DNA of 64,000 nt from assembly GCF_009914755.1 (NCBI RefSeq), contig NC_060947.1. One strand, given 5' to 3'. The notes under the pieces were generated by a model that was not told where the DNA came from, ran no database searches, and saw only the letters and a list, made by a program, of their open reading frames with translations. The DNA is from the human T2T-CHM13v2.0 reference genome, Homo sapiens. Shown here one piece after another: positions 28,453 to 43,045 of the stretch. The translations under genes and the position numbers were made by a program. Numbering within the stretch: the stretch's first letter is position 1; every line of letters begins with the position of its first letter.

Positions 28453-30254
28453 TAAATTTGTAATAACTGTGCTCAGTCAAAATTTAGTATCAGAATCACA
28501 CAGATTTTCATCTGTATATTAATCTATATGTTATTGTCTGTGCATTTCATCTCGGTATTAACTCAGGTTCCTCCAGAGGGTCAGCAAAATTGAGTATATG
28601 AAAGCAGTGACAAGTAGGAATTTAGCTTCTTCCATCGAACTGAAATCTACTAGGTGAAAACCATGTCAATGGCTTCTCTGTACAGTATCCTCCATTTGAG
28701 GGAAGTTGAGGACCCTGGGAGACTATGCTGAGATATGCCACATTTGTCCCTGTTCTGTGTGTTCACTTTTCTTCCCAAAATATTTTTGGCTAAATACTTG
28801 GAAACTCAATATCCTGAGAGAGGGGATAAGGAGAGAGGGAGCAAGAAAGAGGGATGGAGAAAGGGTTGGGGAGAGAGTTTTATTTTGTTGGGGGGAAGAG
28901 CTCTTCTAGTCAACCCAGAGCCCACCTGCAACACCATAATCACCATGCACTTCAGAGATGGGGAGCTGGGGTGGGGTTGGGGGAAGAAAAATTGAATTAC
29001 TCTACAGTGTAGCTATAAAATTATAAGTGTAACACTGTTCACTTCATGACGTATAATCAATAAATAAAAGTCCAGTCTTGAAAGGGTGTGCTATATAAAT
29101 GCCAAATAGTATTTGCTCTGAAAATTCCAAATCTGGGTAGGGTTATTTAAAAACAGTCCACTTGCGAACAGTTTGATTTTAGCATTGGGCTAAAATTATA
29201 AAAAGACAACTTTCATTCATCTAGGAAATCAGTTTTATTTCTTAAACTACATAAAATTCAAATGGGCCTTAGGAGAGGTGTGAAAAGAAAGCTAACTGGA
29301 AAGGCCATTTTGAATTATAATTATTCATATATAAAACTAAAATATATATCATCTACTGGTATATTAAAAATATCACTAGATTCCAAGGGTACCTTTCAAT
29401 AAGAACCTCTTTCCATTAAGAATTAGTAAAAAAATATAAAATTGGATGCACTGGAATGTAAAAGTTGGAAAAACATTGATCATAATTTTTTTCTTACTAA
29501 TACCATTGACTTAAAAGAGATACTGGATTTTTATAAATAGAACTAGCAATTTATATCTACTATACATTTATATACGTTCCCATAGTGATTCCATAAATAA
29601 ATATTTTACAAATATAAAGAAAAAAACGAACTTCCACACCCTCTCCCCAAGCTCTTCATATTAAAAAAGAAATATCCTAGTTCTCCTAGTAAGGTGACAG
29701 AAAACTACTTACTGCTCAGACATGCATTAGTGTGTGGAGACTAGGGTACCATTAAAGCAACTGGAGGAGGTAATTTAGTAAAAGCACCCCCTACTAGTTT
29801 GAAGAGTTAATGTGTTTCTCTCCTGTTAAGTGGGTGATTTCTTTTTGCTTGCCAGCAACATAATGACCAATATATGGTACACACTGTGAGCAATGGGCCT
29901 TCTTGATAAAAATGATTAATAGGTATATAGGTCTATACATATATACACATGTGCACACAATTCTCACATTGTGAATTTAGCCATACCTTAATTTATGCTT
30001 TATGTAACACAAGAGACTGGCTCCAGTGGAATATTCTATAAAACCAGAGGCCAACCTCCAGCCAAAAATAAAGACAACAAAATTATGACTGCTTTCTGAA
30101 GTAGAGAATAATGGAAAATCTTACTATACTATAAAGTATGGAGAAACAGGCATATGCTTATACCAATTTTTGTATTCACTAACTTGTCACCTCACCATAG
30201 CCACTGCTTGTCATATGTAATTATGGTATTTTTTGATCTCCACAAAAGTAATAA

Positions 30255-30500
30255 TAGTCATAACAGCAACAACAAATAATGGTTATTCTAGTGCTTGTCC
30301 TGTGGCAAACACTGTGCTATACACTTTACATACATTCTGCATTTAATACTGAACAATAGCTTCCTGAGGCATGTATTATTATCTTGTATTGATAAGCAAG
30401 GAAACTGACTCTGAAGGGTTAAAATACTTGACCATGGTCACCATTCCTAGTAAGAGGTGAAGTCAAAATTCAAATCCAATTTTGTTTGTATTTAACACCT
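30255..30500 (-). mobile_element. MIR SINE
   Basis: acactgtgctatacactttaca...gaaactgactctgaagggttaaaatacttgaccatggtcac. Confidence 0.75.
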
Positions 30501-30869
30501 TTTGCTTCTAATATTGCTTTAGTGGCAGAAAGGCTATGCATTCACTTCGTTACAGGTAAAATGATCTCTTACTACATGTATATCTGCTGGTGGTAAGGAG
30601 GTATAATGTAATCTAATATGGATCTCTAATTTCAACAAACTTAATGTCTGGTAATGGAAACAACATATATCCCCATATATATTGTAGAGTATATAACTGG
30701 AACCTAATGATTGGTTCAGGCAATAAACACTAGGAGAGGGCACAGAGGAGAGGAAGAATAGAATGAGAAAAATGGGTCAGTGACTCTTGTGGAGTTGGTA
30801 GATTAAGCTAGGATTTGATGAATGGGTAAGGCTTGAATGAAAGAGGGTAGAGTTTAGACTCCAGTACTG

Positions 30870-32040
<1,171 letters not shown>

Positions 32041-32663
32041 GCAGTGTATCTCAAAAGCATTCTAAGCAAGGATGATAGTAGAAACACACCATAAAGAATG
32101 ATGATTCCATATCTGGAGGACTGATGATTGCATGAGTGTAGCTTCAGCACGGAGTGCTTTGCTCAGTAAATATTCAAGTCTGGCTGGTTTAAAGGGTTCA
32201 TACAGATGGAAAAAAGGGAGAAAATACTGGAAAAAAGATTTTGAAGGTCTTAATAAGCATCTCAGGATTTATTCTACAGGCAATAGAGAACAACCAAAGG
32301 CTTGAGGTGGTTCAGAACTGCCTGTCAAAAATCTGCTGCTATCCCAACTGCACATGTATTCTCCATTTTAGCCTGGTGCTTCCAAATACATGTCCCTACT
32401 TTCAGCATCTCTAGACCATTCATGTTTGGAGAGACTCCTACCCAACAGAACTGCCACATGGTGGAATGTTTGGCTTACAGTGATTCCCCCAGTGACCATC
32501 TACATACTGCAATCTCACCTCTTTGAAAAAAAACCATTGTTTTACCCCCATTTTAGACTTGTGATCTGAAAAGCTCCTACCTTTGTATTGCAGTCTTTGC
32601 CACAATTATAATTGTTTAAGGGGTGGACACCTGATCCAGTCTGGGCCAATCATATTTCCCACC

Positions 32664-33168
32664 TGCTATGGTTTGAATGTTTTCCCCCTCCAAAACTCAT
32701 ACTGAATTTTTTTTTCTTTTTGAGATCTGGTCTTGTCCTGTCACTCAGGCTGTAGTGCAGTAGCATCATCATAGCTCACTGTAACCTCGACCTCCTGGGT
32801 TCAAGTGATTCTCCCAACTCAGTCTTCCTTGTAGCTGGGACCACAGGTGTACATCACTATGCCCAACTAAATTTTTTAAAAGATTTTTGTAGAGATGGGG
32901 GTCTCACTTTGTTTTCCAGGCTGGTCTCAAACTCCTGGATTAAAGTAATCTTCCTGCCTGGGCCTCCCAAAGTGCTGTGATTATAGGCAGTTCTCATGTT
33001 GAAATTTAATTGTCATTATAACAGTATTAAAAAGTAGGACCTTTAAAACACGATTGGGTCATGATGAGGGCTTCACCCTCATGACTGGATTAATGCCATT
33101 ATTGTGGGAATGGGTTTGTTAATTTGTTACCACAGGAATAGGCTCATTATAAAATGGCGAGTTCACCC

Positions 33169-33203
<35 letters not shown>

Positions 33204-33381
33204 ACCTTTCCACTCCTCATCTTTGCCCTTCTGCCATGTGATGACACAAAAAGACATCTCTAGCCACTGGACTCCCCAGCCTTCAGAACCGTGAGCCAAT
33301 AAATTTCTGTTCATTATAAATTATCCAGTCTATGGTATTCTTTTGGAGCAGCATAAAACAAACCAAGAATGGACCAAGACA
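32664..33381 (+). mobile_element. MST (ERVL-MaLR) solo LTR
   Basis: tgctatggtttgaatgt...ccaaaactcat...gagccaataaatttctgttcattataaatta...ggaccaagaca; TSD ccacc/cctcc. Confidence 0.88.
32706..32990 (-). mobile_element. AluJ inside the MST
   Basis: catagctcactgtaacctcgacctcctggg...; TSD-like ctcatactgaatt/ctcatgttgaaatt. Confidence 0.9.
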
Positions 33382-34530
33382 CCTCCTCCCTGTCCCCACT
33401 GATTAGTCCAGATATTGATATGGGAAATAAGCTAGTCCAATCCAGGTTCATTTTCAGGTTTTCTTAATTTTTTAAATGTTTACTGAAAGCAGGCAGAAGA
33501 GGATCTCTTTCCTTTTAGTTAGCTAGGCTGTAAGGTTGACAGCCCGGAGCAGTCAGCAGTAGCCAGCTGTCCATCTTGTACATAATAAAGCTGGCCTGCA
33601 GAGAGAGGTAGGAATACAAGGGAGTCTTGACAGTTTTCCAGTCCATGACTCCAACCTGTGTTCCAGTTTTTGCTAAGACCATGTTCCACCTTGTTGTTTG
33701 GTTACTTGAGCCAAAAAAACTTTTTTTTTCTCTTAAGCTAGTTGGAGTTGGGCTACCACCATTCACTGTCGGAGTTCTGACTAATACAAATATCAGAAGT
33801 GGTGGCCTGGAGATGAATTAGCAAAGTATCTTCAGGATCAGGTCTCTGCTAATGAATGTTTGTAGCTCATTCCTTAACCCCACATAGACTTCCTGCTTCT
33901 CATTTTTTGACTTGGATTTTAAACTGTCCTTCACTATATCACCTCCACAACCACAGGACCAAAGAAAGCCTGGTGCACAATCAGTGCTTGATAATTATCT
34001 ATTGAACTGAATTGAGTTGTGATAAATTCTCCTATAGATTTTTAATCTTCTCATCTCTTCAACTACAATATGCCTTGTTTATGTGCTTGCTCTGCTAGCT
34101 GGTCATTCCCTTTTTTGCTGCCTCCTGATATAATTTGACTCTGAACACCCCTGTCTAATTCATTCATTTTCTGTGCAAATTTCTGCTCCTTACTAGTATA
34201 TTCACTGGGTTATGTGCTTTTCTCAACTTTATCAAATGAAATAAAGCCACTTGACTATTATTTGCTCATCACTCTTCCATGATAGCCAGGTAATCTATAG
34301 GCTTAGAATTCTCTACGCTCTGACATCAGCTTTGTCCCTAGAAATGAAATAGAAAGGGAACATCTAGCTCATAAGATGTGGACTCAATTTGAAGCTCTGT
34401 TTTTGATGCTGGTTTCTTAGCTCAGGTTAAACAAACAGAAACCTTCTCTACATTCTTCCTTTTTCTACCCAGACTCCCTGGCCTGAGCTTCATATCCTAG
34501 CTTGGGCTATTTCTGGAGTACAGGAATTGA

Positions 34531-34888
<358 letters not shown>

Positions 34889-35064
34889 TGAGCCAGATAG
34901 TAACCAGTTTTCTAACAGAAGCAAAGGAATGTCATGGTGAGGCTCTGAGCCTGAAGAGAAATTACAAAAAAAAAAAAAAAAATACTATTCATTGCCCTAC
35001 CCATTCAATTCCTTGAGAAACAAAAGTGAAAGAGGCCTTATTCAAGTCAATGTTAAATAAGAGA

Positions 35065-35290
35065 AGGGAACTGACATTAAGAAAGTGCCTACTTTGTGCC
35101 AGACACTGTGCGAAGACCTATCCATATATTTCGCACTTAAAGATACAGTCATCACAATGACTCAGAGAGGTAGGCATTATTCACTTTACAGATGAGAGAA
35201 CAAGGTCAAGTCAAGTAACCTGCCATGTTAAGTAATATTGGCAATTTTTTAAAAAATGGAGCTAGGATTTGATTACAGATCTGTTCCCAT
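35065..35290 (-). mobile_element. MIR SINE
   Basis: gtgcctactttgtgccagacactgtg...gaggtaggcattatt...tttacagatgag. Confidence 0.75.
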
Positions 35291-35714
35291 TTAGACTGGG
35301 TAAGCCAGACCTTCAGGTACCTACACTCCAGCCACATCTATGCTAAACATTGTCTGAACATTGTCCTATGTTCCCATTTTGCAGCTCCAGTGATTCTTTG
35401 CATAGAAAGCCATACTTCCCCATATCTACCTCTTGAAAGTTGTAACAGTTTTTCAAGGCTTACTTCAAATTATCTCTTTTCTAAGCCTTGCTTTAGCCAA
35501 AGTTAACCTGGCCCTCTCCATAGTCTCACAGTGCCCTATTCAAACTTTTATTTGATACTCATTGAATGCCTTATAGTGGTACTCTGATTTGTCTATTTAT
35601 TTCGCTACAACACTGAACAGACAGATCACAATGGCCATGTAGGTTCTTGGCAGATTGTGATATCTGTGATATTTCGATCAATTGAAAGCTGTGCCATGAT
35701 AGTCTACAAAAAAG

Positions 35715-36105
35715 ACTACAGGATAAATAAATTATGGTTCAGTCACACAATGGAATATTATATAACCTTGAAAATAAATGAGCTATGTACATTAACATGG
35801 ATGCATGTCAGTAATGTAACATTGAGCACAAAAAGCAATTCATAGAAACACAATATGATTATATTTAAGAAATTTGTAAACATATGAAACTGAAAAACAT
35901 ATTTTTAGGGATGCATACATACATGGCAAAACTATAAGGAAAAGCAAGGGAATGATAAACACATTTCAGGATGACGGTCATCTAGTAGGGAAGTGAGGGA
36001 AGAGGGCTGGGATCTGAAAAGATCACACAGCAGAGGCAAAAAGGTAATTAGTAATGCTCTATTTCTTAAGCTACATGGTGAATACATAAAACTTTAATTA
36101 TTGAA
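35715..36105 (+). mobile_element. L1ME-type 3' fragment
   Basis: ggataaataaattatggt...acaatggaatatta...ctatttcttaagct. Confidence 0.75.
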
Positions 36106-36639
36106 ACTCAAACCAAAAATTTCAACCAAATGACTTTTTTCCCTCTAGCTTTCTACTGTAAGAAAATAAAAGTGAATGAAAAGCAAACACATCATTTCAG
36201 GGATTTAATCAATGAGGGTAGCTACCAGGGGCTTTTCTGTACTGAAAAGAACTTGGCATCAGAGAACTGGGTTTGAATCCTGGCTCTATAAATGTAGCAA
36301 TTGTCATTATTATTAGGGCTTCAGGCAAAAAGAACCGATACTCAAAATAATGAACATAAGTCACTAAAGATGATCAGTCATAGAATGAAGGTTCAAAAAT
36401 GCTTCCTCGATGTCACACTGGGGTAGAAAAGGAGTCATTTTAGAAAGATTTTCAACAATTAAAGATGGGAATTTAAAAATATATGATTAATTCTGAATCA
36501 ACAAAAAAAATACGGATTAATGAAAATTCCTCATTCCCTAAACATCATGCTGACTGAAAGGTTACTATACTTTCATTGTTTTTATTTATTGTTTGAAAAA
36601 TGCAGAAAACACATAAATACATAAACACATAAGCACAAA

Positions 36640-37390
36640 CACTTTTTTGTGTTTTTACAAGACTGAGATAATGTTATATGTAATGTTTTGCAATTTTCCT
36701 CTCAATAGTATGTCATGGATATCTTTCCTGTGTTAGAACACGTAGATCTACTTAACTTTTTTTCATATTTGCAAGGAATTTCTTTGTCTGAGGCTACTAT
36801 AATTTATTTGACCAGAACCACACATTTAGCTTATTTCCAAGTATTTACTATTATAAGCAATGTTCAATGGCCATCCTTGCATATACACCTTTCTGCACTC
36901 TTGCTTTATTCTTTCTGTAAGATAAATTCCTGAAAGTCTGATTGCTGGGTCACAATGCATGTGCTTTTTGAATTTTATTAGATTCTCATAAAAAATTGTT
37001 CTAGTTCATATTTCCCCCCACAGTTCCAGCTTCCTCATACCCTTACAGTAAATATTTGAATCATTTTCTTTTTCCTTTTGCCAAATTAGGTGAAAAAGTT
37101 ACTTCATTTTTATTTATATATATTTATACTTACTTTCTATTAATTTGAACATCATTTCATATATTTATTGGTATTGTGTAATTCTTTCATTTTTATATGG
37201 AATGTGCTATCCATATACATTGCATTTTGTATGTACCAGATATTATCTCCCAACCTATTGTTTTCCCATCCCCCCTTACTGTTGTTTATGGGCATTCAAT
37301 TTTTACATTATCAAATCTGTCATTTTTTTTTCCTTTATGGGTTCTGGGTTTCATGCTTCACTTAGGAAGTCCCTTTATATAACAAGACTT
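36640..37390 (-). mobile_element. Old L1ME-type fragment
   Basis: ttccaagtatttactattataa...gataaattcctgaaag...attgctgggtca...ttaggaagtcc. Confidence 0.65.
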
Positions 37391-38145
37391 TTTTTTTTTT
37401 TTTTTTAAAGACCTTACCTCTAGTTTCCCCTAAATCTCACGCCCCTCTTTTAATGACCAAATAATGCTATCAACTCAGGCTTTGTCTGACTTTATGAACA
37501 GAGGTCAAGTCCCTTCCACACATCAAGAGCTATTGCTGCTTATTTCTCTTTATCATTCTTATTTATACTGTATAAGATGTTTTAGAAATTACCCCCCCAA
37601 ATTCTCATTATTACAATTAAAATAATACAGTTGTTCATAAAGACAAAATTAATAAATAACTCCCTATCTAACTTCTCCAATCTTGTCACAAGGCAACTGA
37701 TACTCATTGTAGAGTGAAGGTCTTTCCATACCTTTCTCTAGACCCATAAAAATATATACAAACAGACACATTAAAAAACTTTCCATTTATTTTTATGAAA
37801 ATTGGGTATTTTATGTATTATACTATACTTGTTTGTTTTATATAACAATATAACATGCATGTTTCCTTAAGATAGAATATGCTTCTAACTCATTGTTTCA
37901 AAATCTGGAAATATTAAATGTTATATGTTATAAATGTACCATTAATTATTTAACTAATGCCCTATTGCTGGACATCCAAGTTGCTTCCTTTTGTTGTCAT
38001 TGTTAACCCTACAATGTCACTTTTATAATCCTTCTCACTTCTCTTCCTAACCCCATGAGATCTTCTGGATCTTGTTAGTCCTCCCTTCTTCTCACTCCCA
38101 CTCCTGTGTTTTGTTGGGATAGTTTAGTATATTTATTTAGACGCT

Positions 38146-38345
38146 TGTGCTGTCCATATGGTAGCCACTAGCCACATGTGACTATTGTACACTTGAAATG
38201 TGGCTAGTCTGAACTGAGATCTACTGCAAGTACAAAATACATGTGGGATTTTTAAGACTTAGCACAAAAGAAGAATGCAAAGTATTTCATTAATACTTTT
38301 TATATTGATTACACGTTGAAATGATACTATTTTAGATATTTAAGT
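38146..38345. mobile_element. MER33 (hAT-Charlie) fragment
   Basis: gtgctgtccatatggtagccactagccacatgtgactatt...cacttgaaatgtggctagt...ttgattacacgttgaaatgata. Confidence 0.85.
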
Positions 38346-38459
38346 CAATCTGCCTTTCCATTTAGATTTAATTACTTTTCCAGAGAGCCAGGTTCATTGC
38401 CCATCATTGTTTCTTCTCTCATCTTGAAGTCTCCATTCCGATTCATTTATTATTTAGTT

Positions 38460-39860
38460 TGAGTTTTTTCTCAAATATTTTTTCACTGGTGTATGAGAGT
38501 GATATACTTTTTGAATTCTTACATGTCCTCAAACATCTTTCTCTGACCCAAGTGGATGAATGATACCTTGACTGGATGGTAAGTTACTTGGTTTGCAGTC
38601 TTTTTCTCTTAGAAATTTCTAGATGCTATTCCACTGTCTTCTAGCTTCCACGATATAGATGAGAAAACCATTTTTTTCTTTGTAGATGATTCAGTTTTTC
38701 TGCCAAAAAGCCTGAAAGATTTTCTCTTTATCCTTGAGATTTAGGAAGTATATCAGTGTATTTTTCAGTGTAGAACAAAGTATGCCTCTTTTATACATAT
38801 TTTCGCAGACCAGCTTTTGGCTTTGTTAATTGCACATTGAAATTTTGTAATTATTTTAGCTTATATTTTTATTACTTTTGTACAGATACTTTTATGTGAA
38901 ATATATATCTATATATTCTTTTTCTGTTCCTGAGTTGAAAGATTTTTTTCAATATTTCTTTAAATTCAGTTAATGCTATAAGGAAAATTTATAGCGTTAA
39001 ATGAATTTAAAGAAATAATAAATTTTAATTTAAATGTATATTTTGTGCAAAGTCTTGAAAATCCCACATATATTTTTTACTTGCAGCTCTCATGTTTTTA
39101 GCCACATTCCTAGATTATTTAGGAAGTAATATAATTTTTGTTCATTTTTAAATAATTTTAAAATTTTCTTTTGATTTTCTCTTTGATCCAAAAATTACTT
39201 ACATAAAGTATTTTATGGTTCTTCTAAGTTTTTTCCTGTTTACCTTTTCTGGTCTTTGAATTGTTGATTTCTAGCTTTACAGAATTCTTGTCAGAGGATG
39301 TTACCTGCCAGTTTTCCACTTGAGAATTTATTAAGGTTTTCCTTGTGGCAAAGTACATGATAAATTTTGTAAATGGTCCAGGGGCATAAAATACAAATGT
39401 GGTTTTGTTTTTGGCATTAGAGTATCTAATTCTATTTATTTGACAAAATATTAGGTCAAGCTTCATAATTATTCAAATCCTTGGTATTATTTTTTGCCTA
39501 CTTTTCAAATTCTGAGAAATCTGTATTTCACAACTGTAACTGCAGTTTTATCAAATGCTTCACATATCATTCCATACAGTTACATCTAATAAATATTTGT
39601 TTATGGAATGAATCCCTCTAGGTTCTATTTTAATGCTTTTGGCCTTAAATTCCACTTAATCTGATATTGACATCCTTGCCCTATCCTCTCCTTATTGAAA
39701 ATTCCCTGGCATATCTTCATCTGTTCCTTTATTTTGAAACAGTTTCATCATTTTGTTTAATGTTTGTCACTTATATATGTACTTAGCTAAAATGCGTAAA
39801 TCTGAGTGGTTTTGTCTGGGAATAAAATTTGTCAACCCATTTCCATTATTGTAACAAACA
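38460..39860 (-). mobile_element. Highly decayed L1M body fragments
   Basis: ttccactgtcttctagcttcc..., accagcttttggctttgttaatt, ttctctttgatcca, tgagaatttattaagg. Confidence 0.55.
38953..39017. repeat. 29-bp inverted repeat with 7-nt spacer
   Basis: tatttctttaaattcagttaatgctataa / ttatagcgttaaatgaatttaaagaaata: 27/29 complementary. Confidence 0.95.
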
Positions 39861-39902
39861 CAATGTCTTAATCATAGTATAACAATGTATGTTTATTATC
39901 TT

Positions 39903-40417
39903 TGTGGTAGGCAGAATAATGCCTAAAGACATCCATATTCTAATACCCACAACATACAAATATGTTAGGTTACATGGCAAAGGGAAATGAAGGTTGCAGA
40001 TGAAATTAAAGTTAATAATCCGTTGACATTAAGATAGGGAGACTATTCTGGATTATCTAAGTATACCCAACGTACTCACAAGGGTCCTTAAAAGTAGACG
40101 AGTGAGGCAGAAGTATCAAAGAATGTATGACGGGGAAGATGGATCAAATAGACATGAAATCGCTGGCTTTGAAGATGGAGGAAGAGATCATGAGCCAAAG
40201 AATATGAGCAGCCTCTAGAAGCTGGAAAATGCAAGAAAAACAGGTTTTCTCCTAGAGCTTTCAGAAAGGAATAGAGCCTTGCTGATATCTTGATTTTAGC
40301 CTGGTGAGACTCATTTCATACTTCTGACTATCCAGAACTGTAAGATAACACATTTGTGTTGTTTTAAGCCACTAAGTTTATGGTAAGTTGTTATAGTGGC
40401 AATAGAAAACTAATGCA
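39903..40417 (+). mobile_element. MLT1D-like solo LTR (ERVL-MaLR)
   Basis: tgtggtaggcagaataat...ttacatggcaaaggg...ttttaagccactaagttt...gaaaactaatgca; TSD atctt/atatt. Confidence 0.9.
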
Positions 40418-42171
40418 ATATTATAAAATGTAAATAACAGTTTGTTTCCAAATTACTGTGGACAGTGGATGGATAACGGGGAAAAGTCAATTCAAAAATT
40501 AAATGAATTAATATTCTTACATTGTTTATTCTTCTTTCCATTTCCTTGTTTAATTTTCGAATTGACTTTTTGTCCCTTATCAAACCCCTTCTTAGAAATC
40601 TGCAAATTTACTGGTACTTTTATTTTATAATACATTTCAATCTAAACTAACAAATCTTTCAGTTATAATGCCCCATTTCTCAAGCATTCATACTATCTGA
40701 AGTCTAACTGTCTTTTAAATTTATAAGCAACAGATAACATGAGGATTGGACCTAGGAAGAGGGTGGCAGGAACTATGTCAAATTTAACCTTATTTCACTT
40801 TCACCTTCTCTTTTCTAACGTTTCTTTCCTTTATCTCTAACACCCTGCCCCCAACCAAGTATGTACTGTTCAAGGCTCTCTACCACAGAGCTTTGTGCTA
40901 GGCATGACCTTCCTGGCAAATATCTTATATTTAGACCAAACTTTCCTATTTCCGTCCTTAAGAGTTACCTGCTCTGCGTTACCTGTTCTCCCAGGGACCA
41001 TGACATTTTGTTATGCAAACCAATGAACAATTTCATAGTGTTAATGAAGCCAACACTATTTATATGTGGGACAATGGCTTAACCTTTTTGAAGTGGTTTT
41101 GTTTTCCGGACAGGGATGAAAATTTAACCAAAGAAATGACTATTTGAGGCTGGAAATTTCAGGCATTGTGGCAGGCTATACAGGAAGACATTTGTGGCTG
41201 GACGAGGAAGGAGTCTTCATGCCATACTTCACTGTGCACTATCGAAGTGGGCTCCTACTCCACCTGCATGAAATCAAACATGTACTAACAGTGTATGAAC
41301 CACCGAACAAGCTAGATATCCTGGCCATAGAGGCTATTGTGCCTCAGGGCCGCTCTAGGGCAACCACAAGAACAGATAATTGGGCCTGTGAGCTGACAAA
41401 TCAACTTGTACCCACACCATTAAGCAACTGTAATTCACTCTGAGTCTAGCAGAGATCCCATTGTTTACTGCTATAAAATAAACTCTATAAAACTTATAAA
41501 TATGGAGACAGAATTTAACATAATGCTGCATAGGGTACCTTATATCACAGAATACTAATAAAAACTTTTATATTATAGAAATACATTTTAATAATGTTGT
41601 GCTTAAGAATAATTATACTTTGAATGATTTTCATGAGAGGCATCTTTCCCTATATTCACTTCAATATTATGACTGGGTTTTCTCTTCTAACCTATATTAG
41701 GTTAATAAATTACTTGGATTTTAAAGGCTATGGTGAATTATAGACTTAACTAAAACATGGACTTCTAAACTGGCTTGCATGATTCCACATTGGCAGAATT
41801 TAACTGCCATTATGAATTACTTGTTAATTATGCTATTTACAGTTTATATGCATGCTTGAGAATTTTAACATGTTTAGCATGTTTCACTTTTTTCTGCATA
41901 AAGACTAAAAATATATAGGTTTGTGTGTGCTGCACTGAATCATATTTTAAAATAGAAAAAGTAAAGAAATTAATGTGCAATTTTGGCTATTGTTTGCATG
42001 GTTGTTAAACCATAAAAGATAAACAAAGTGGAGAAGAAATGAAAGAAAAAAACTCATTTAAGTATAACTAAGTTGTCAAAGGAATAGTTACAAGGCTTAT
42101 AACTGAGCCCGAATGTTCAGCATTGAATCAAAACTTTGGAACTGGAAGAGGGTTTTTCATGTATTTGTTCT

Positions 42172-42507
42172 AGTGGGTCACAAATTCAAATATTTACATG
42201 GGCCAGGTAAATAACATAAATGAATGAAGTGGCTCAGCTATGACAACATGGATTAGTAGTGGCTGTGGAAACCCAGAGAGTGCATGCTCTGTCTCAGAGG
42301 GATCATGCTGCTCAGCTTCAGCTGGTTTCTGCCCTATGGGAGCACAGGCCCAATTTTGCTGGACTTTTCAATACTTTGAGACAAGCTGGAAACCAATACT
42401 TCTATATGCAGCTTTTTACTTTTAAATGCTAATAACTAATTCAATTTTTAAAGTGTTAGTATCTGTGGAACATATAGGGTACATGGGATGTCAGATTAAA
42501 TCTCTGA
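42172..42507. mobile_element. MER102-like (hAT-Charlie)
   Basis: caaattcaaatatttacatgggccaggtaaataacataaatgaatgaag...gagagtgcatgc...ctcagcttcagctg...caggccca. Confidence 0.7.
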
Positions 42508-42579
42508 TGAAGCCCAACAGAAAGGAATTGTACAGAAAAGAATATGGAAACATATACTAAGTCACTTACGTGCTGGCCA

Positions 42580-42810
42580 CATGTAGTAGAAAGAACATGG
42601 GATTTGAACTCAGGCAGATGCAAGTTGCAATTCTAACTCTGTCACATAACCACTAGGTAATGTTAGGCAAGTTTTAAAAACTCTCTGAGCCTCAATTTCC
42701 CTCTCCTTAAAATGAAGATAACAATACCTGTTGCATAGGATGCTTGTGAAGATTTATAAATAAAAGTAACGTGTGGGAAGTGCCTATGGTAGATCTTGGC
42801 ACCTATGAAA
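42580..42810 (+). mobile_element. MIR SINE
   Basis: ttaggcaagtt...ctctctgagcctcaatttccc...aaaatgaagataacaatacct. Confidence 0.8.
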
Positions 42811-42849
42811 CATCCACTCTTTTTACCCTTTTCCACCAGTCTATGTGCC

Positions 42850-43045
42850 TACCCTGTTTTATTATTTTTTTCAATAGCAATTCTATAGACTTGGAATTAT
42901 ATTATGCTCCACTTCCTACTAGAATGTAAGTTTACATGATGGTAAGCAATGTGTCTATTTCTTTTCACTGCTGTATTCCCAACACTAAAAATACTGCCTG
43001 ACCCATAATAGGTGTTCAATTAATGTACGTTGGATAGATAGATTA
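42850..43045 (+). mobile_element. L2a 3' end
   Basis: actagaatgtaag...ttcactgctgtattccc...ataataggtgttcaattaat. Confidence 0.75.

Larger units (their letters stand above)
32400..33788 (+). mobile_element. ERVL LTR (LTR33/LTR16-like) hosting an MST and an Alu
   Basis: gggtggacacctgatccagtctgggccaatca and terminal ttaagctagttggagttggg...ctgactaataca; left boundary uncertain. Confidence 0.6.

Noticed and set aside
41144-41443. 99-aa ORF in unique sequence
   Set aside because: TTG start, no recognisable domain or pseudogene parent, and antisense to TENM1; length is within chance. A BLAST search would settle it.
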